Shown one piece after another: positions 51,401-53,436 of a stretch of 64,000 nucleotides of DNA. The notes beneath the pieces are model-generated. The model was given only the letters and a program-made list of their open reading frames with translations, had not been told where the DNA came from and did not search any database. Numbering within the stretch: position 1 is the stretch's first letter; each line of letters begins with the position of its first letter. Origin of the DNA: an uncultured Bacilli bacterium (GTDB lineage: Bacteria > Bacillota_I > Bacilli_A > RFN20 > DUOF01); the NCBI GenBank assembly GCA_934183255.1, contig CAKPSD010000003.1, positions 18,789-82,788 of the forward strand. Reading direction: 5' to 3'. Position numbers and translations under genes: made by a program.

Positions 51401-52738
51401 GGGTAATGATTTTAATTTTATTGCTGGTGATGTATTATCAACATATATTACATCTGTTGTTTTTATAGCATTTTTATTATTAGCCTTATCTATTATTACA
51501 TCAGCGTTTATTTGTAACTTTAAAGTTCCATTTTCACTACAACCACTAACTCGTACTATTTGTTTCGAACTATTTAAACTGCCTATTTCTATAGTAGAAC
51601 AAGAAACTCCTCCAGTTGTGTTAAGCTTTATTTGATTTAACTTATAATCAGTTGTTTTTCCTGAATATTCAGTTAACCATGAATATAAATTTTTTTCTGC
51701 ATAATTCAATGTATATGTAATTGTGTGTGAACTATTTACATGTGTATTGTTTAATGAGTTCGTTGTTTCTAATGATGAAACTGTAATAGAAGGTGCTATT
51801 TGATCTGCTACAAACACTAAATTTGTAGTTGTTTTATTATTAACTTCATCATATACAAATACTAATATTTTATATGTTCCATTTTTTAGTTTATTTTGAC
51901 CATTTTCATCCATAAGTGTTAAGCCACTAATTTTATATGTAGGTCCTGCATCCTCAATAGTAATTTTTTTATTTTTGTATATTTTATTATCAGTTACTGT
52001 GCCTTCGCCAGAACAATCTGCAGTTGTAGTATCAACAATACAATATTCAATTCTATTTAAAGCAGAATCAGTACTTGAATTGTATGCAACATTAATTTCA
52101 AAACCTTTTTCACTTTTTGGACCATAAAATCCATTTGTATCATTTCCGACTTTTTTTGATTCATCTGCAATAATTTTATTAATAGTAGGAACTTTAGTAT
52201 CTATTTTTAAATTAGGAGTCGTAAATCCTTCTAAGTTTCCTGCACTATCAACAACAGCAATTACAAGTTTAAAAGTTTGTCCACTTATATTATCTGGAAC
52301 AACAAAAGCAGATTCAAACTCAACACTGGTGTTAGTTTTCATAAAGCCATTTTCACCAACTGGCCATGTATTGTTTTCACCTTTTATAACTACAAACCAT
52401 GTATTTGTATTAAATTTTTGTGTAGGTATATCTAATCTGTTAGTAGTAGGGAAAGAAAGTTCCTCATAGCTATCAATATTATAACTACACCCATCATCAG
52501 CTGTCCAACAAAAATATATAAAATCAATGTTAGTTTTGTTGAATTTTACATTGTATGCCATTCTAGTAGTATAATCATCTAATCTTCCATACCAAATATC
52601 CTCAGCATTTGCGCTAGTATCAAAAGTAATAACAGCATTTACTCTTTCACTAATACCAAAAAAACACATAAAAAAGGCAAATACCATTACTAAGTATTTT
52701 AAAATTTTTATAAGTTTACTATTAGATGATTTGTTCAT
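24410..52738 (-). CDS. Giant (9,442 aa, ~1 MDa) secreted, C-terminally membrane-anchored multi-Ig-like repeat protein (putative surface fibre/adhesin)
   Basis: A single uninterrupted 28,329-nt frame in AT-rich DNA. RBS GGGGAGAG lies 7 nt upstream of the ATG. The signal peptide is MNKSSNSKLIKILKYLVMVFAFFMCFFGISERVNA. Dozens of ~90-130-aa modules start with (V/I)D(N/T)xxP and carry a late DxAGN-type motif. The C-terminus is a TM helix plus LRKKVRAA. The function is inferred, not demonstrated. Confidence 0.93.
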   Translation of the reverse strand: MNKSSNSKLIKILKYLVMVFAFFMCFFGISERVNAVITFDTSANAEDIWYGRLDDYTTRMAYNVKFNKTNIDFIYFCWTADDGCSYNIDSYEELSFPTTNRLDIPTQKFNTNTWFVVIKGENNTWPVGENGFMKTNTSVEFESAFVVPDNISGQTFKLVIAVVDSAGNLEGFTTPNLKIDTKVPTINKIIADESKKVGNDTNGFYGPKSEKGFEINVAYNSSTDSALNRIEYCIVDTTTADCSGEGTVTDNKIYKNKKITIEDAGPTYKISGLTLMDENGQNKLKNGTYKILVFVYDEVNNKTTTNLVFVADQIAPSITVSSLETTNSLNNTHVNSSHTITYTLNYAEKNLYSWLTEYSGKTTDYKLNQIKLNTTGGVSCSTIEIGSLNSSKQIVRVSGCSENGTLKLQINADVIIDKANNKNAIKTTDVIYVDNTSPAIKLKSLPSTTNPLNNTHVNSTHTITYTLEYTEENLYSALTNKNQITLNKSGTVSCSTVVVGALNGLTQTVQVSDCNGDGTVALQVNADVIIDKANNKNTEIAFDKYKIDEQEIDAKIVVDNKLPTGSIQSIITTNELNNTYVNSTHTITYTLKYTEDNLYSALTDSSNVEIVVLNGSLNCSSITIGDLNKSTKTQTVIISNCTGNGDFRLHINSNTIVDEANNQNRGFEYNRTEIVVDNTPLKITEIVAIPNGLKINASYTAKIVVYYDEEHMTFNEDKVSNYFKLDDDKPNPGATTNCTITLKELSDSKGKNVTFFISGCSVDEGQAFIYLVESGFCDLASNKPNISDVVSTSAASYSDKIYLEEVQDSVKYFKLVVKPEETIENKLLYIINKNTSIVSIWYDENQLLPDRKIFYTGESIVLYVSFSDGIHYDKESANTKYPTIIYKFGNGEDKKISTPEETTVTFQPSENISVLVNVLKYTIKVSNDDVGRFNVVTLGYFSDDSASCDVTYCHIGTDAIIEDINNRYLVDTANMLANYGSVNLNTVNGKYDDTTKTFVETSSIKVKEETEVEVKNSMTFANVNTSIISSNETTENTTLHTYLNNIEFSIHDGDVYYYSEDNLILVIKVVYSTYVGNKNAYNLLEKLNYANGTNYEVVGRYTTNVSFSCTRDEDNDSILDKNKKDGFATCTDYLKIKINDLNKDANNQLEIRINQNFINNNIATNMPSDEYGKVGIIEVPNSYEDIFENQNYGYKLTENDGNAILKVANKSFDAYYLNENTYQNNSKVVCDLLSVSCEKYSDTQIKVKGLKIGDNAVDLNLGYYDKYGRQITKQEKFNVIVSDVSKVGVDVTSTAEKTQIKNSNGTTYYYIDKDASNGSYVIKVNHDLYDETTNVLECTFNKNEESCSNEISKDNIKTYSHKIVFRSGYEYTKTIYAYLFDSEKVNISISGLQKVNEFYNTTINYTLTVAYNDKNVAIPEEFINEMKVEIINKLIVNMLINSNDSSGFVIDSSYYEITKTTAGFDVKFVDSNMINRMKVLLESNINYETITSSIANYSYNASITNDNVYFPVVKKNNGEIVYLPYSCSYDENKRSCEVTGFKSESNSLYLLVDNKKYGLLESKEGYDGVILNLVDSVNLKYSGNFVYSTSNDVINNPPVFKLNNTRTQYVGVVGQENLEFRYNPNFTNPKINSIQFADTCDSEFNDSYSFLMEKEACIKVVYESFSTSDPLFKNEISIGGAKLQVVNKQNVSDSNNKIYHLRVKYINDVVTEKHDEVFKLSQTENADFITINGLGLDENTNIEVNLTFVPTRLSYNHEIVGTIKNEIYNSINSNKLTFTKALNDTYTFEVCAYNEEGKEVGCYTLEEGNYVGAIQNGVDSKLSFKVKVLKGNSITINERICSVDHVNDCLNLNEGYLVLEKVVEFDNIKPIASVSNSYNAIYGKNVASDEITIEFSENVYLIAGKKVTSALEAYSNSNNKCTIDTDSIKFTSGTNVLKFKYSCSKTGQVTIVVKGDIFEDYAGNVLDTESILTEMFIDADSLMAEVINVSKKFVKGCNSSTCPDGSNSVKITIKFNKKFKFVNGVSANSAFTANVTANRTVEVDAEDPTKVYVTITIAENKESVETALFINISNITALDGSAYEGNNPLSTDVAILYGNYTLTYSEMSPESGCTQNSSDGKYYCTKDAKIKVKYKTNRELKDWVNNVNYVSLTKNNLQLKFVSSNYDKNTGIIEVIYSLENITENMILQGYGSMNIGGVTDMAGNIANYAVGSLNADMGGYYALVTAPVFNEYIPTNVSTNIGSSFTELRNKLESSTYWNARSANMPTSVVLYSNDYTNVLSYLYNNEYFSKIANEITITMKATDLAGNYTTKDLKISILVNGSFKVNFKDGLGKIYDGKKVTSISASDIANIDLPSSYQTLLMRINGCSKGSYLECRKDSLTTFNLEQEIINALSGKIIANTEKDAINVGKYDSSYFSINDATISNYKTYNVNSVYAISFNDNFAYTITPRTINDIGLLTYNAVYNKTGIYSNVSMTINKDNSSDILDGEEVTIKGNVQFNDANVGNKEFTFRGITVTNNNNYTISDSELVGSGNGNITPFMITINSIVNITKYMDGNANVIQVESKNNVINGYTFDFSWGNGKYVDSEGKEIATIGKHSVKLYNLVITNVLNDLTNNFEISNQVNDGYILLENSGTIVEDSSEFNFDVVVSSNSINRNGIYYIKENVDVSVSNITGNSSNHTFCFYKEEGNCLQTESTYTTTFENNGVYTIYVSVANPSGVSVTKQVTFNYNSSKLTVVSNLVAGNNVTLYKVGDSVTINVKLSAYIDETTVCNGNSLRLFNSELEGYEITNCTLRNDTISYTYKVPSNAILEYNVYNKIDLTNILNEIKDLWGHSYESETKVFTLDNENSITINTSELSLKLLVSTKSCNVVDKICYTNNGNVTFTFMFSDAAKDYSLSEFAVSITRNMSINGKSLSYNSENKTFTATYDGLVSFIDGVLNVQNGNVRFTHANGKFYEINKEISLSYETENSSSYTNIYVDPRTFDVSFTNVPTSTIKGSATVSYTIKNTYLGAGLTGDVTSYFEITSKEEDVSSLVTIISNNGKLSINYIGSDSKKITFRLRNEMLKNYATTECSSSNEFSITFDNSSLSILQTNVISKDNECIFVNDTLSCVRTTNTNDYHIANGDNKYFNNAQNIYVEFVFNRNLSIIDVTSINTLYYSIGNKFENTTAVTIKDNVITFTISLTGELSGALVIEGLKLNVKDNLNVEYVNEIYGRATEDDTTNASIKANTNYYIDTTALDLDNITVDIPEMGSFLDSSKDKLVITYNGSYNKALYYGTNVPYKSGNKMSAIAYLSGASTTAVTVNACSVSYTINGNDITTVITCDLSNGTNLENDYEFKVNSITDSFAREHTIEKSINIKIDNVKPRLSYINTSENFNSARELVFDLSIIDKNITYTNEEFGVYLDGVKVNATFNKDGSFTVDGNEYVVKNGKVYKLATTNIGEYANGSLVISGNQVSGTMDIDSSNSGIVYYNKNVYKMIAGKVYAYGEDAPCYELKYKGINLNNLYFYINTQGGIEQNVIISNIALSENVLTLTIKLNNLIAGTYNLKAASGLVVDDNNNVTDKVDNLKTIVINNNVPTISDGMITDSLSTSYTFANNTQKYKYFADYFELYISKGSYGFTPTLTSELCNFILVNGEPISSEACESSIDSNNSKVTFKIKAVNEGTRLLNIGIYEIQIKEGFLISSTTVPSSKKTIGVKYVVYDDSINLSSVAWNFVSASDVIVKDNVYYIKNNENSIKGKIIIPEGRHIFKIDDKVIAGPSNVYEYETSIVVNRTKTIKVEFAGGGIASIELATETLKEGVTYTSDENNKLYYDYSLTNEILAKSVFKIKSNKLFASKYEKVFMINSTACGVKDNKVYCDGSENGTTISSNSFEFNGNTYEINENSVISEGIIVSPIYTVDNASLTLTVTNVIEAGKKGKQYFTIKAGLLKDAFGVNSSEYQYTITILEPSVIEIKSKDNKDENGKPYTQTGNAQFVISSNINSISSSWTIENNILGFSKCENARDVCVIGKVQYELIKNGDNTYSFEINGVTYTINETRTSINGETQIKDGKFTLGDDYVKVLFEIKDVVDSYDASTNTNTYKTYIFGTKVIFESGFVKTAISNTNEAIYTNVLSEFEYIVDGFGPKIISVDVAARECNEVSGVSYCKGGSQILVTVTFDEIISKYSNLRIVTNVANVSGTINDANQRSIVFTITVPTNVNVDNFTITNISGTVTDSTNNTTILSISNSYNNSNIVIDNTKPTAILSIANVKYSAKNKDVVTLDIIANENYNTEISKDMIKLCNYDGSICLNADQNVTLESGKGTTNITLLDSLENGNYTITVNKEAIVDKANNTLNADLSKTITISNDGNPLQINIISSGYAKDGSSIKHYYFGGANKNGELKFTVNNNTLEELTSCGTHIKFYRVNDEEEVNIFNCSMDSSKNITISLKDDAIVSENTEYYFVINGDVSINEYGNASLNYSSLNKHVLIVNTSVFTYTRKTNQTIVEKGGKLYIKESSIDLTYTFNHDVQKYSYQNNYVTNINKVGVKEITLNKLIGTYTLVVYNYFGDTINININVERDNIAPSVKLQPGVSTEYGVTSNTSITLTFDVTDTLLKDSYELTNTTDTTYSYSNGVLTVVRSITPNVSGSYVVHIPSFADELGNESAKFDVTIVVRSEDYSIIPSGDAVTVLDNGEYVYYTKTGQVILKLESSTKSFETINLGDLAEEYTSQIENVSGKNIIILTRKTKLNEGSQSISLIGIKVKFVNDNKEYELTSERVFNYIVDKTVPSISGVEYSTTGQVKEGKKVAIIFTLSERVDANVSLSYKYGNNDDIEELTATPYLDGEVYKVKFTITIGKQNGVLMYKLGIITDLAGNQKGTDSEWTTTTIEVDNIVPVISSVTSDKTMVKEGEEFVLTVNIEENVTFDVSRINAKGANVIGYSIDNQTFTSTFDKTISSNVLYVKVKATNLSADAFTVVFNDGFITDAASNQNTSAAESEEIKVLRVVNTIVSTTCNEINNIAYCNKGTKIKVEIVFNYDVSRDASNKLDMLKIAEYVTAELNGLTYFSLGENVYRYDEVNNKLYIVTSYNNEDLTQIVEEEVSNFKDNKFTDTTNTTYYVLLGDESELLVYEVININIDTSLGSNRNHVYVYTVKDGDNFEVGGFDYNGLYENVTLKEITFDYDVINVVTDRVAGPEISISDAKPTYGINNIVRFKVSIVEGSILSNYRDLISVSGGEIVSISNVNNNEFDIEVNTRNVNGTLTLTVGGIVEDEAHNTNENVTYDIVVDATRPEFTVSITSNSEYSYNYDGNELTIAIETTKASSFDLTKSNILDLGLENITYSNDVTIFNSIENLFLTKLIIKGTLNNNMSNVFDIQIKEGFLIDGAYNTNDKTFTSDQFVITRVKEDKVVASSCTSDNEYCKVIEYAITFYNPISIKDENISNYYIKTNIEGVVLRFASGNGTNTHKYSYTASENLDYVIEYLSFNTGMYSGVISDGYIESLDNSIKIDTKKPELKMIESTANGCNDVNGISYCSKLSNSQTITLQLTFNEVISSYNNIIINTNMGNVSPTSSSSISNKLVFVFNIASESISDIEKLVINKITGIVVDKAGNSLDLNMNATVEEPIHENDQIKYYVVAPVISITSKSLINETEELIFKISSTKQISYMDITKISIAADITCSLSEDGFYGDCKDVSAQTIYLKANIGSSDAITLAIYKEFVKDLSGISNTVEISKTVNVLRINSIEIDASECKIYGEARYCKEGTTIKVTVGFNNDYSYNVDNSLIISTDKFNEDGSRVKLTVKIDSTNSAVRKHVYVYKVQSNDNFAIAGFEFGENTYTEFVNKDIEYKDSSIKCSNIKVGNLNIITSKETYGINKDITFRIELVDSNIINGVTLVENYKNNIKAYRTIGGGNVSADASISEGYDASGALAYINVVVNSQEAEKVRLEVLGIFESISGITNTSAEKEVVVSSEKAEITNINVYSSNEVTNKAKEFDTITVEITFSKNVNDNLPTLTAVFNSNIVFNNGYKKQSVDNVVVYSYDVNSSDSGKLKKILLTSVNGFKDIELENEIDVSTSKFTYDFEIDNSRPEITNFVIKNGENEVKANTYVKEGTVLDFYITFNKALKAAPKLSFNFSESANVVVEYINGTTYKYSYTITNEDKGLLENISLGEVQDVLGNTNTISYAYAYNVVAITGGYNIEVIKQNIKIINDKELSAGKVVYVLNGINSYAYDDIFNKIKNSFSLVCHTLDERDCSSSGDINVNIVVSKGENNTIQIILKGSVSENETGIMLDLAVKYNGDIEDLAGNKVNIDNELFTDVRYDNLVRNIVSTELIGCKSINGKEFITSGASCNSLTVTFNGELKNGNKSYVSGNSDIQVTINSQTFTLTTEDYITYTIKDFAVNATKSSVISLVVGSNDGIVGINGKITKNITLNEKLYFDVEKPNVNNFIANVYTRNAVTYVGKTLSLSFDVTDGSAEYSSGIDYSSVIVSVNRDNEITELTCVRNDDSFECNNFVIEEYMLNNNKTININYQVKDNASNITEYTLVYTYDNAAPSISSVDYSGLITNGNEYITRNNVNDKIVKITFNDDLSGIKDSIISYKWCDENNDCTTYTGEAKLTNNVAVITLPAGDGRYKLHINPVSDNVNNVSAELVIDTTIEVDNTPISGYYIDSITCVEGTNCVINGNYYNGKGQINIVVKTNGDIITKANFTSDMLVFSDITISDDRKSVSVTAGANKLAKANALYPTINVSLTDLALNVSDLVNINEVDSKLIIDNYIEITNLTVKVDNDHKNNPTKITEIILNIFENNDKESIVSTIYYINDVIYNYEDILTYEFKENSTIKVVISDRVGNTTEKTYVVEVDNVAPDFNITIKDNGKALKATDKKYYSFNENIELVVNKISSDIKEICVSLEGSNTCISKNQNDNYTLDANMKYSITVRDYSSNESSNSVELVYVGFDIVSGDDYKLDDYRQTHTAKVEFNLEDLSSVVNATYKFNSNSYTTVDNSSLINITNNNLNGIKNLEVKVCMKNDNSYCLTKNKELYFDNLATTSNINVTANENWTNEKSVTIDVNIANNQDSSGIVMAYVKVGKTIVKEGTKYLSEGKINGFNIEITEYGTYEIWVRDAANNEASVKSVTIRIDNTETGGYDAKVIFRNEGWQKNNNVNVTYVCNNTFCNKGGNTVSDVKYLFVKKGTIDVTEDNFDQIYSSNDILFNGGVGTSTNFNVNINNSSYTGTYVLYVKMVTKSGNGIFSKIFVQLDNTASLISFANASEEYRKYEETDIKNLVTIVDGEDQSGVNEEKTIYKLVDTNNKEYNLKEELEGEYRIKVTAYDNVGNVVTEVSESYYKIDNKAPKMERNNGKNTYNSEPASYTVSDLNNGETKVGYCIASNTFEDFESACSNVTMNLVENGTFTLNEKPSLITSDKAAFVKVVDKFGNTRYYKFIDITYDNEKPSIIVSLNNFNGKNLENYKLECSSKNSLECVVKEEYSLTGNGYYTNKPRQLYYSSENGVVSDVIPSDVSSIVINSKDKGNSGLSKLCVWSSENVEVNNGGCKSFRSGSSINLIHNYINIIAMDKAGNTIKAIINITGSYSTSLFDYEVTTDETISYSTNQPLNIKLNSAISNIKTTLGRREIFYVYSETFVNASDYSKLAWDSASKLTVSEGSNEYISNVSKNGYYVFKIEDKWGTASYKSILAKNIDAYKPVMDVSKFTIEGNILDGNYNLVNKQVIINNAQYMYNGKLIINLGENAIVDEDNLQKYLYVCYDDECDVIDLTGIDSRNLQSIALRTLNDKAIKVITIYAKDGSGKVSDDSLTFTVENVSSSKVKIDSMFKYNDKKLDEGINGSDTYGTSLKIAFKFSEYGDMFKSLNYYLKDGNNKRCSNTITSISSDSYYDVVCSDVALDGAYDLVVEYTDKLGNKVTTNTAISVDNVAPNNSRDLIDFILVKDELGRVHLSYTNKVKDDNIIVVYYLDENNNEVMYCEISDDSMETASYCSKEITNEMLDEDSYFNFYTRIKDKVGNMNMNDKHKISYKIMYVEGRSITIGNMKYTPNYVDNNGIVSFTVTMNGVVGTPKTTIYTVTKNSDTNEWDNVTDITDRFTQNRIGNVITYSMRGSTYLSLFTDGIIKADLRIKVTDDYVSEGNNVLGEEVFALGEFDTNRPEIELSVSNNLYGLSRDNIEFKVTGNKNLRSVKYILQLISGGTSGITLNNFDEVAKCTANCIVREDINKSGQKEYTMVIYSTDTLISGTYRLIVKGIDMYGNENISTISNIYIDNERPTISALGIDGTYEYMIDEEGRYYFSKSVRFVFNDDANGGYVSGFDTENVYVNNQKRTVASCSGGRTGYCMTINVDGEYNVVIKDKAGNESSIKVVIDQVNSGFRILENCTSTSCDEVVYSENDYFSKSKFDGLYIEMLETNISRIEFTFKYGNSSKSYRLDSSFSGKRLLSNLVSSIYADALKASDYKLSSLVITSYNSAGVSNESEIKLDFISPEIKVKTNSYYSSKKIECDSKNTSNCTLLVVVNKSINNISLSSSKIKEIISGYFINQVDGKFYSNLTIDEKSRLLISFNNHKVSANDSEWVFSETDFIFNKIGDYNFDVSYSDVAGNKSNTVTLTIKVVDEAKPEFRVNGTYAYGKAYYYDITNVNGYTYTDAGITVSDNYGFDSEGNIVTCNTADGECIGVRRIIKFKINNEYEEITFENNKYYYNDRLYIVNEGNSFTFMLPGSYRIIYEVIDSTGNKALADDANIGITLNIGDKHSPDIIDDNIIAISEGKYFTIGDVKYTIDVSDITDKKIVDSNGNKVASITANNMFEINGVKYIISRDTAFIYFVLNIRDNENRPTVCFNEEDICDLKLNKPTSKDHEDDKYHEVTIKSLMYSNDGVNFSEIELSSEDKENYKIKLTRTGYYKIIMICYDDSKNSSEIEYVIFVEDTTSPTFTMNNDDITTSSIEKSFNYNEVNWSIYSGSNEHEKMMKYLSNDAGWIRTNIFVRDNYDTNLAYIIDSISATDSVSNQEYARFKANLKVTDASGNIQYLEIYFSIIDNTNPNEAGSKIELSYDGRNTLDITSDSIYTNSDELYYKITGGSDNTNRYHYECLVVINNNRDESNWSVCEGDTYNLAYTANLNDPLTRVKLYFRLVDTVGNVSGEVTTATFIFDKMAPMVNIIKDNNILDKPIDDIYKDVDSFTISFIDDSGSMRVQGYMNNKLFVDMQCYSDTGVPVEGFGHYRFVITDVAGNRYVYEFVILAPDTKELETDEDKYTFNVIDRDNVADTTVTSGSPIKFDRVILQKLSSSRAYLEFDDIDSISDNDAIYFMGVIPDKEHTIFSILSSGAVNGKTFKLNAISFQINVDSNVESVINKELYGITDYLINFDDESYILIGIVNNGFNDNPVNPDNPVNPDNNKNKGGGNFTWIFYVLGGIAAVGGGFLILKLRKKVRAA
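24413..24502 (-). other. C-terminal TM anchor plus basic tail of the giant protein
   Basis: FTWIFYVLGGIAAVGGGFLIL followed by KLRKKVRAA-stop. No LPXTG or similar motif lies upstream. Confidence 0.8.
24531..24566 (-). repeat. Exact 2 x 18-nt tandem duplication encoding (PDNPVN)2 just outside the TM anchor
   Basis: Plus-strand tctggatttactggatta occurs at 24531-24548 and again at 24549-24566. Confidence 0.9.
50714..51808 (-). repeat. Three tandem in-frame copies (366, 375 and 354 nt) of one Ig-like module near the N-terminus of the giant protein
   Basis: Copy boundaries are the codons for ADQIAPS (51808), VDNTSPA (51442), VDNKLPT (51067) and VDNTPLK (50713). All copies share TN(S/P/E)LNNT(H/Y)VNS(S/T)HTITYTL-Y-E-NLYS and a C-x19-22-C pair. 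Copies 1 and 2 share an exact run of ~40 nt (plus strand tttttattattagccttatctattattacatcagcgttta, near 51128-51167 and 51474-51513). Confidence 0.9.
52634..52738 (-). other. Sec-type signal peptide of the giant protein
   Basis: Basic n-region (KSSNSKLIKILK), a hydrophobic core (YLVMVFAFFMCFFGI), and RVNA followed by V as an AxA-like cleavage site. There is no lipobox. Confidence 0.7.
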
Positions 52739-52914
52739 ACATACACTCTCCCCATTAAACTACATCTTAATAATAAAACAAAAAAAGTAAATGAACAATA
52801 AAACGAAGATATTTTGTCGCCTTTTGTTGAAAAACAAGCACTAAATTTATATATAATATAAATTAAAGTAAAAAAAACAAAATAATTTAAGTTTTTATTT
52901 GATATTTTATTGCA

Positions 52915-52944
52915 TTAAAAAACCCATTATTTCTAATGGGCTTT
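52915..52944 (-). terminator. Rho-independent terminator after the 158-aa gene, separating it from the giant gene
   Basis: On the minus strand, CCCATTA-gaaa-TAATGGG (52923-52940) is followed by UUUUUU (plus-strand A-run 52917-52922). Confidence 0.7.
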
Positions 52945-52946
52945 TA

Positions 52947-53423
52947 TTAATCATCATTAAACCAATCGTCAAACGACATTGAACTAAACTTTTTATCTAC
53001 TTTCTTTTTCTTATTAGGATTTTCAATGCCTAATTCATCCATAATATCCTTCAAAACTCTCTCTCTCAAATCTGTATCATTTGAAACAAGTTTTATTAAT
53101 TCTTGTTGAATATCTGGAATCATTTCAATAGAATTCATTAAAGTTTCAACTTTTCTACTATCTTTGCAAGAAACACTAGAAACTCTATTAACTTCTTGCA
53201 TTAAATCAAATCCCTTATTTAAAACTTCATTAGTATTAATAGTTGTCGTGGATAAATGCGCTAGCCACATAAAAATCTTTTTATTACAATCAAATAATAC
53301 ATCAATATTACCTTGATTTTTCATAAAGTTAGGTTTATCCAAAACATCTAGTATTTTAGGGTATTCTCCCTTAATTGCCATCACAATGTTTTTTACTTTT
53401 GCTTTTTCTCCACCAGTTAACAT
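52947..53423 (-). CDS. Hypothetical cytoplasmic helical protein (158 aa) with a Lys-rich stretch and an acidic aromatic C-terminus
   Basis: The ORF has a strong RBS (AGGAG, 7-nt spacer) 13 nt after the stop of the upstream gene. It has no signal peptide and no TM. It ends ...NPNKKKKVDKKFSSMSFDDWFNDD. No family was recognised. Confidence 0.7.
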   Translation of the reverse strand: MLTGGEKAKVKNIVMAIKGEYPKILDVLDKPNFMKNQGNIDVLFDCNKKIFMWLAHLSTTTINTNEVLNKGFDLMQEVNRVSSVSCKDSRKVETLMNSIEMIPDIQQELIKLVSNDTDLRERVLKDIMDELGIENPNKKKKVDKKFSSMSFDDWFNDD

Positions 53424-53436
53424 ATTAAACTCCTAA

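Noticed and set aside
26184-51635. About a dozen 60-119-aa plus-strand ORFs antisense to the giant gene (for example 26184-26543, 27611-27889, 34674-34937, 51006-51293 and 51342-51635), the out-of-frame minus-strand ORF 50026-50214, and the equivalents in the 2,706-aa gene (55162-55356, 56096-56296, 59398-59625, 61981-62286).
   Set aside because: These are expected by-products of a long ORF rich in AAT/ACT/GAT-type codons, whose reverse complements rarely give stops. The similar-looking trio at 50.8-51.6 kb simply reflects the sense-strand tandem repeat.
50714-51808. Possible CRISPR array or other non-coding tandem repeat.
   Set aside because: The period is ~354-375 nt, the copies are in frame with the giant ORF, and there is no short repeat/spacer alternation. 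No cas genes are in the window.
24950-52633. The abundance of N-x-S/T sequons as evidence for N-glycosylation of the fibre.
   Set aside because: Asn, Ser and Thr are all heavily enriched by the AT-biased codon usage, so sequon frequency carries no information without a statistical control.
24410-52738. Long homopolymer or simple-sequence tracts inside the giant ORFs that could drive frameshift phase variation.
   Set aside because: Scanning by eye found only runs of <=7 identical bases (for example T7 near 31257, 41632, 43558, 50053, 51689 and 52151), unremarkable for AT-rich DNA. A computational scan would be needed for certainty.
24410-52738. Diversity-generating retroelement or other targeted hypervariation of the adhesin.
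   Set aside because: The window contains no reverse transcriptase, and I saw no template/variable repeat pair with adenine-specific mismatches.
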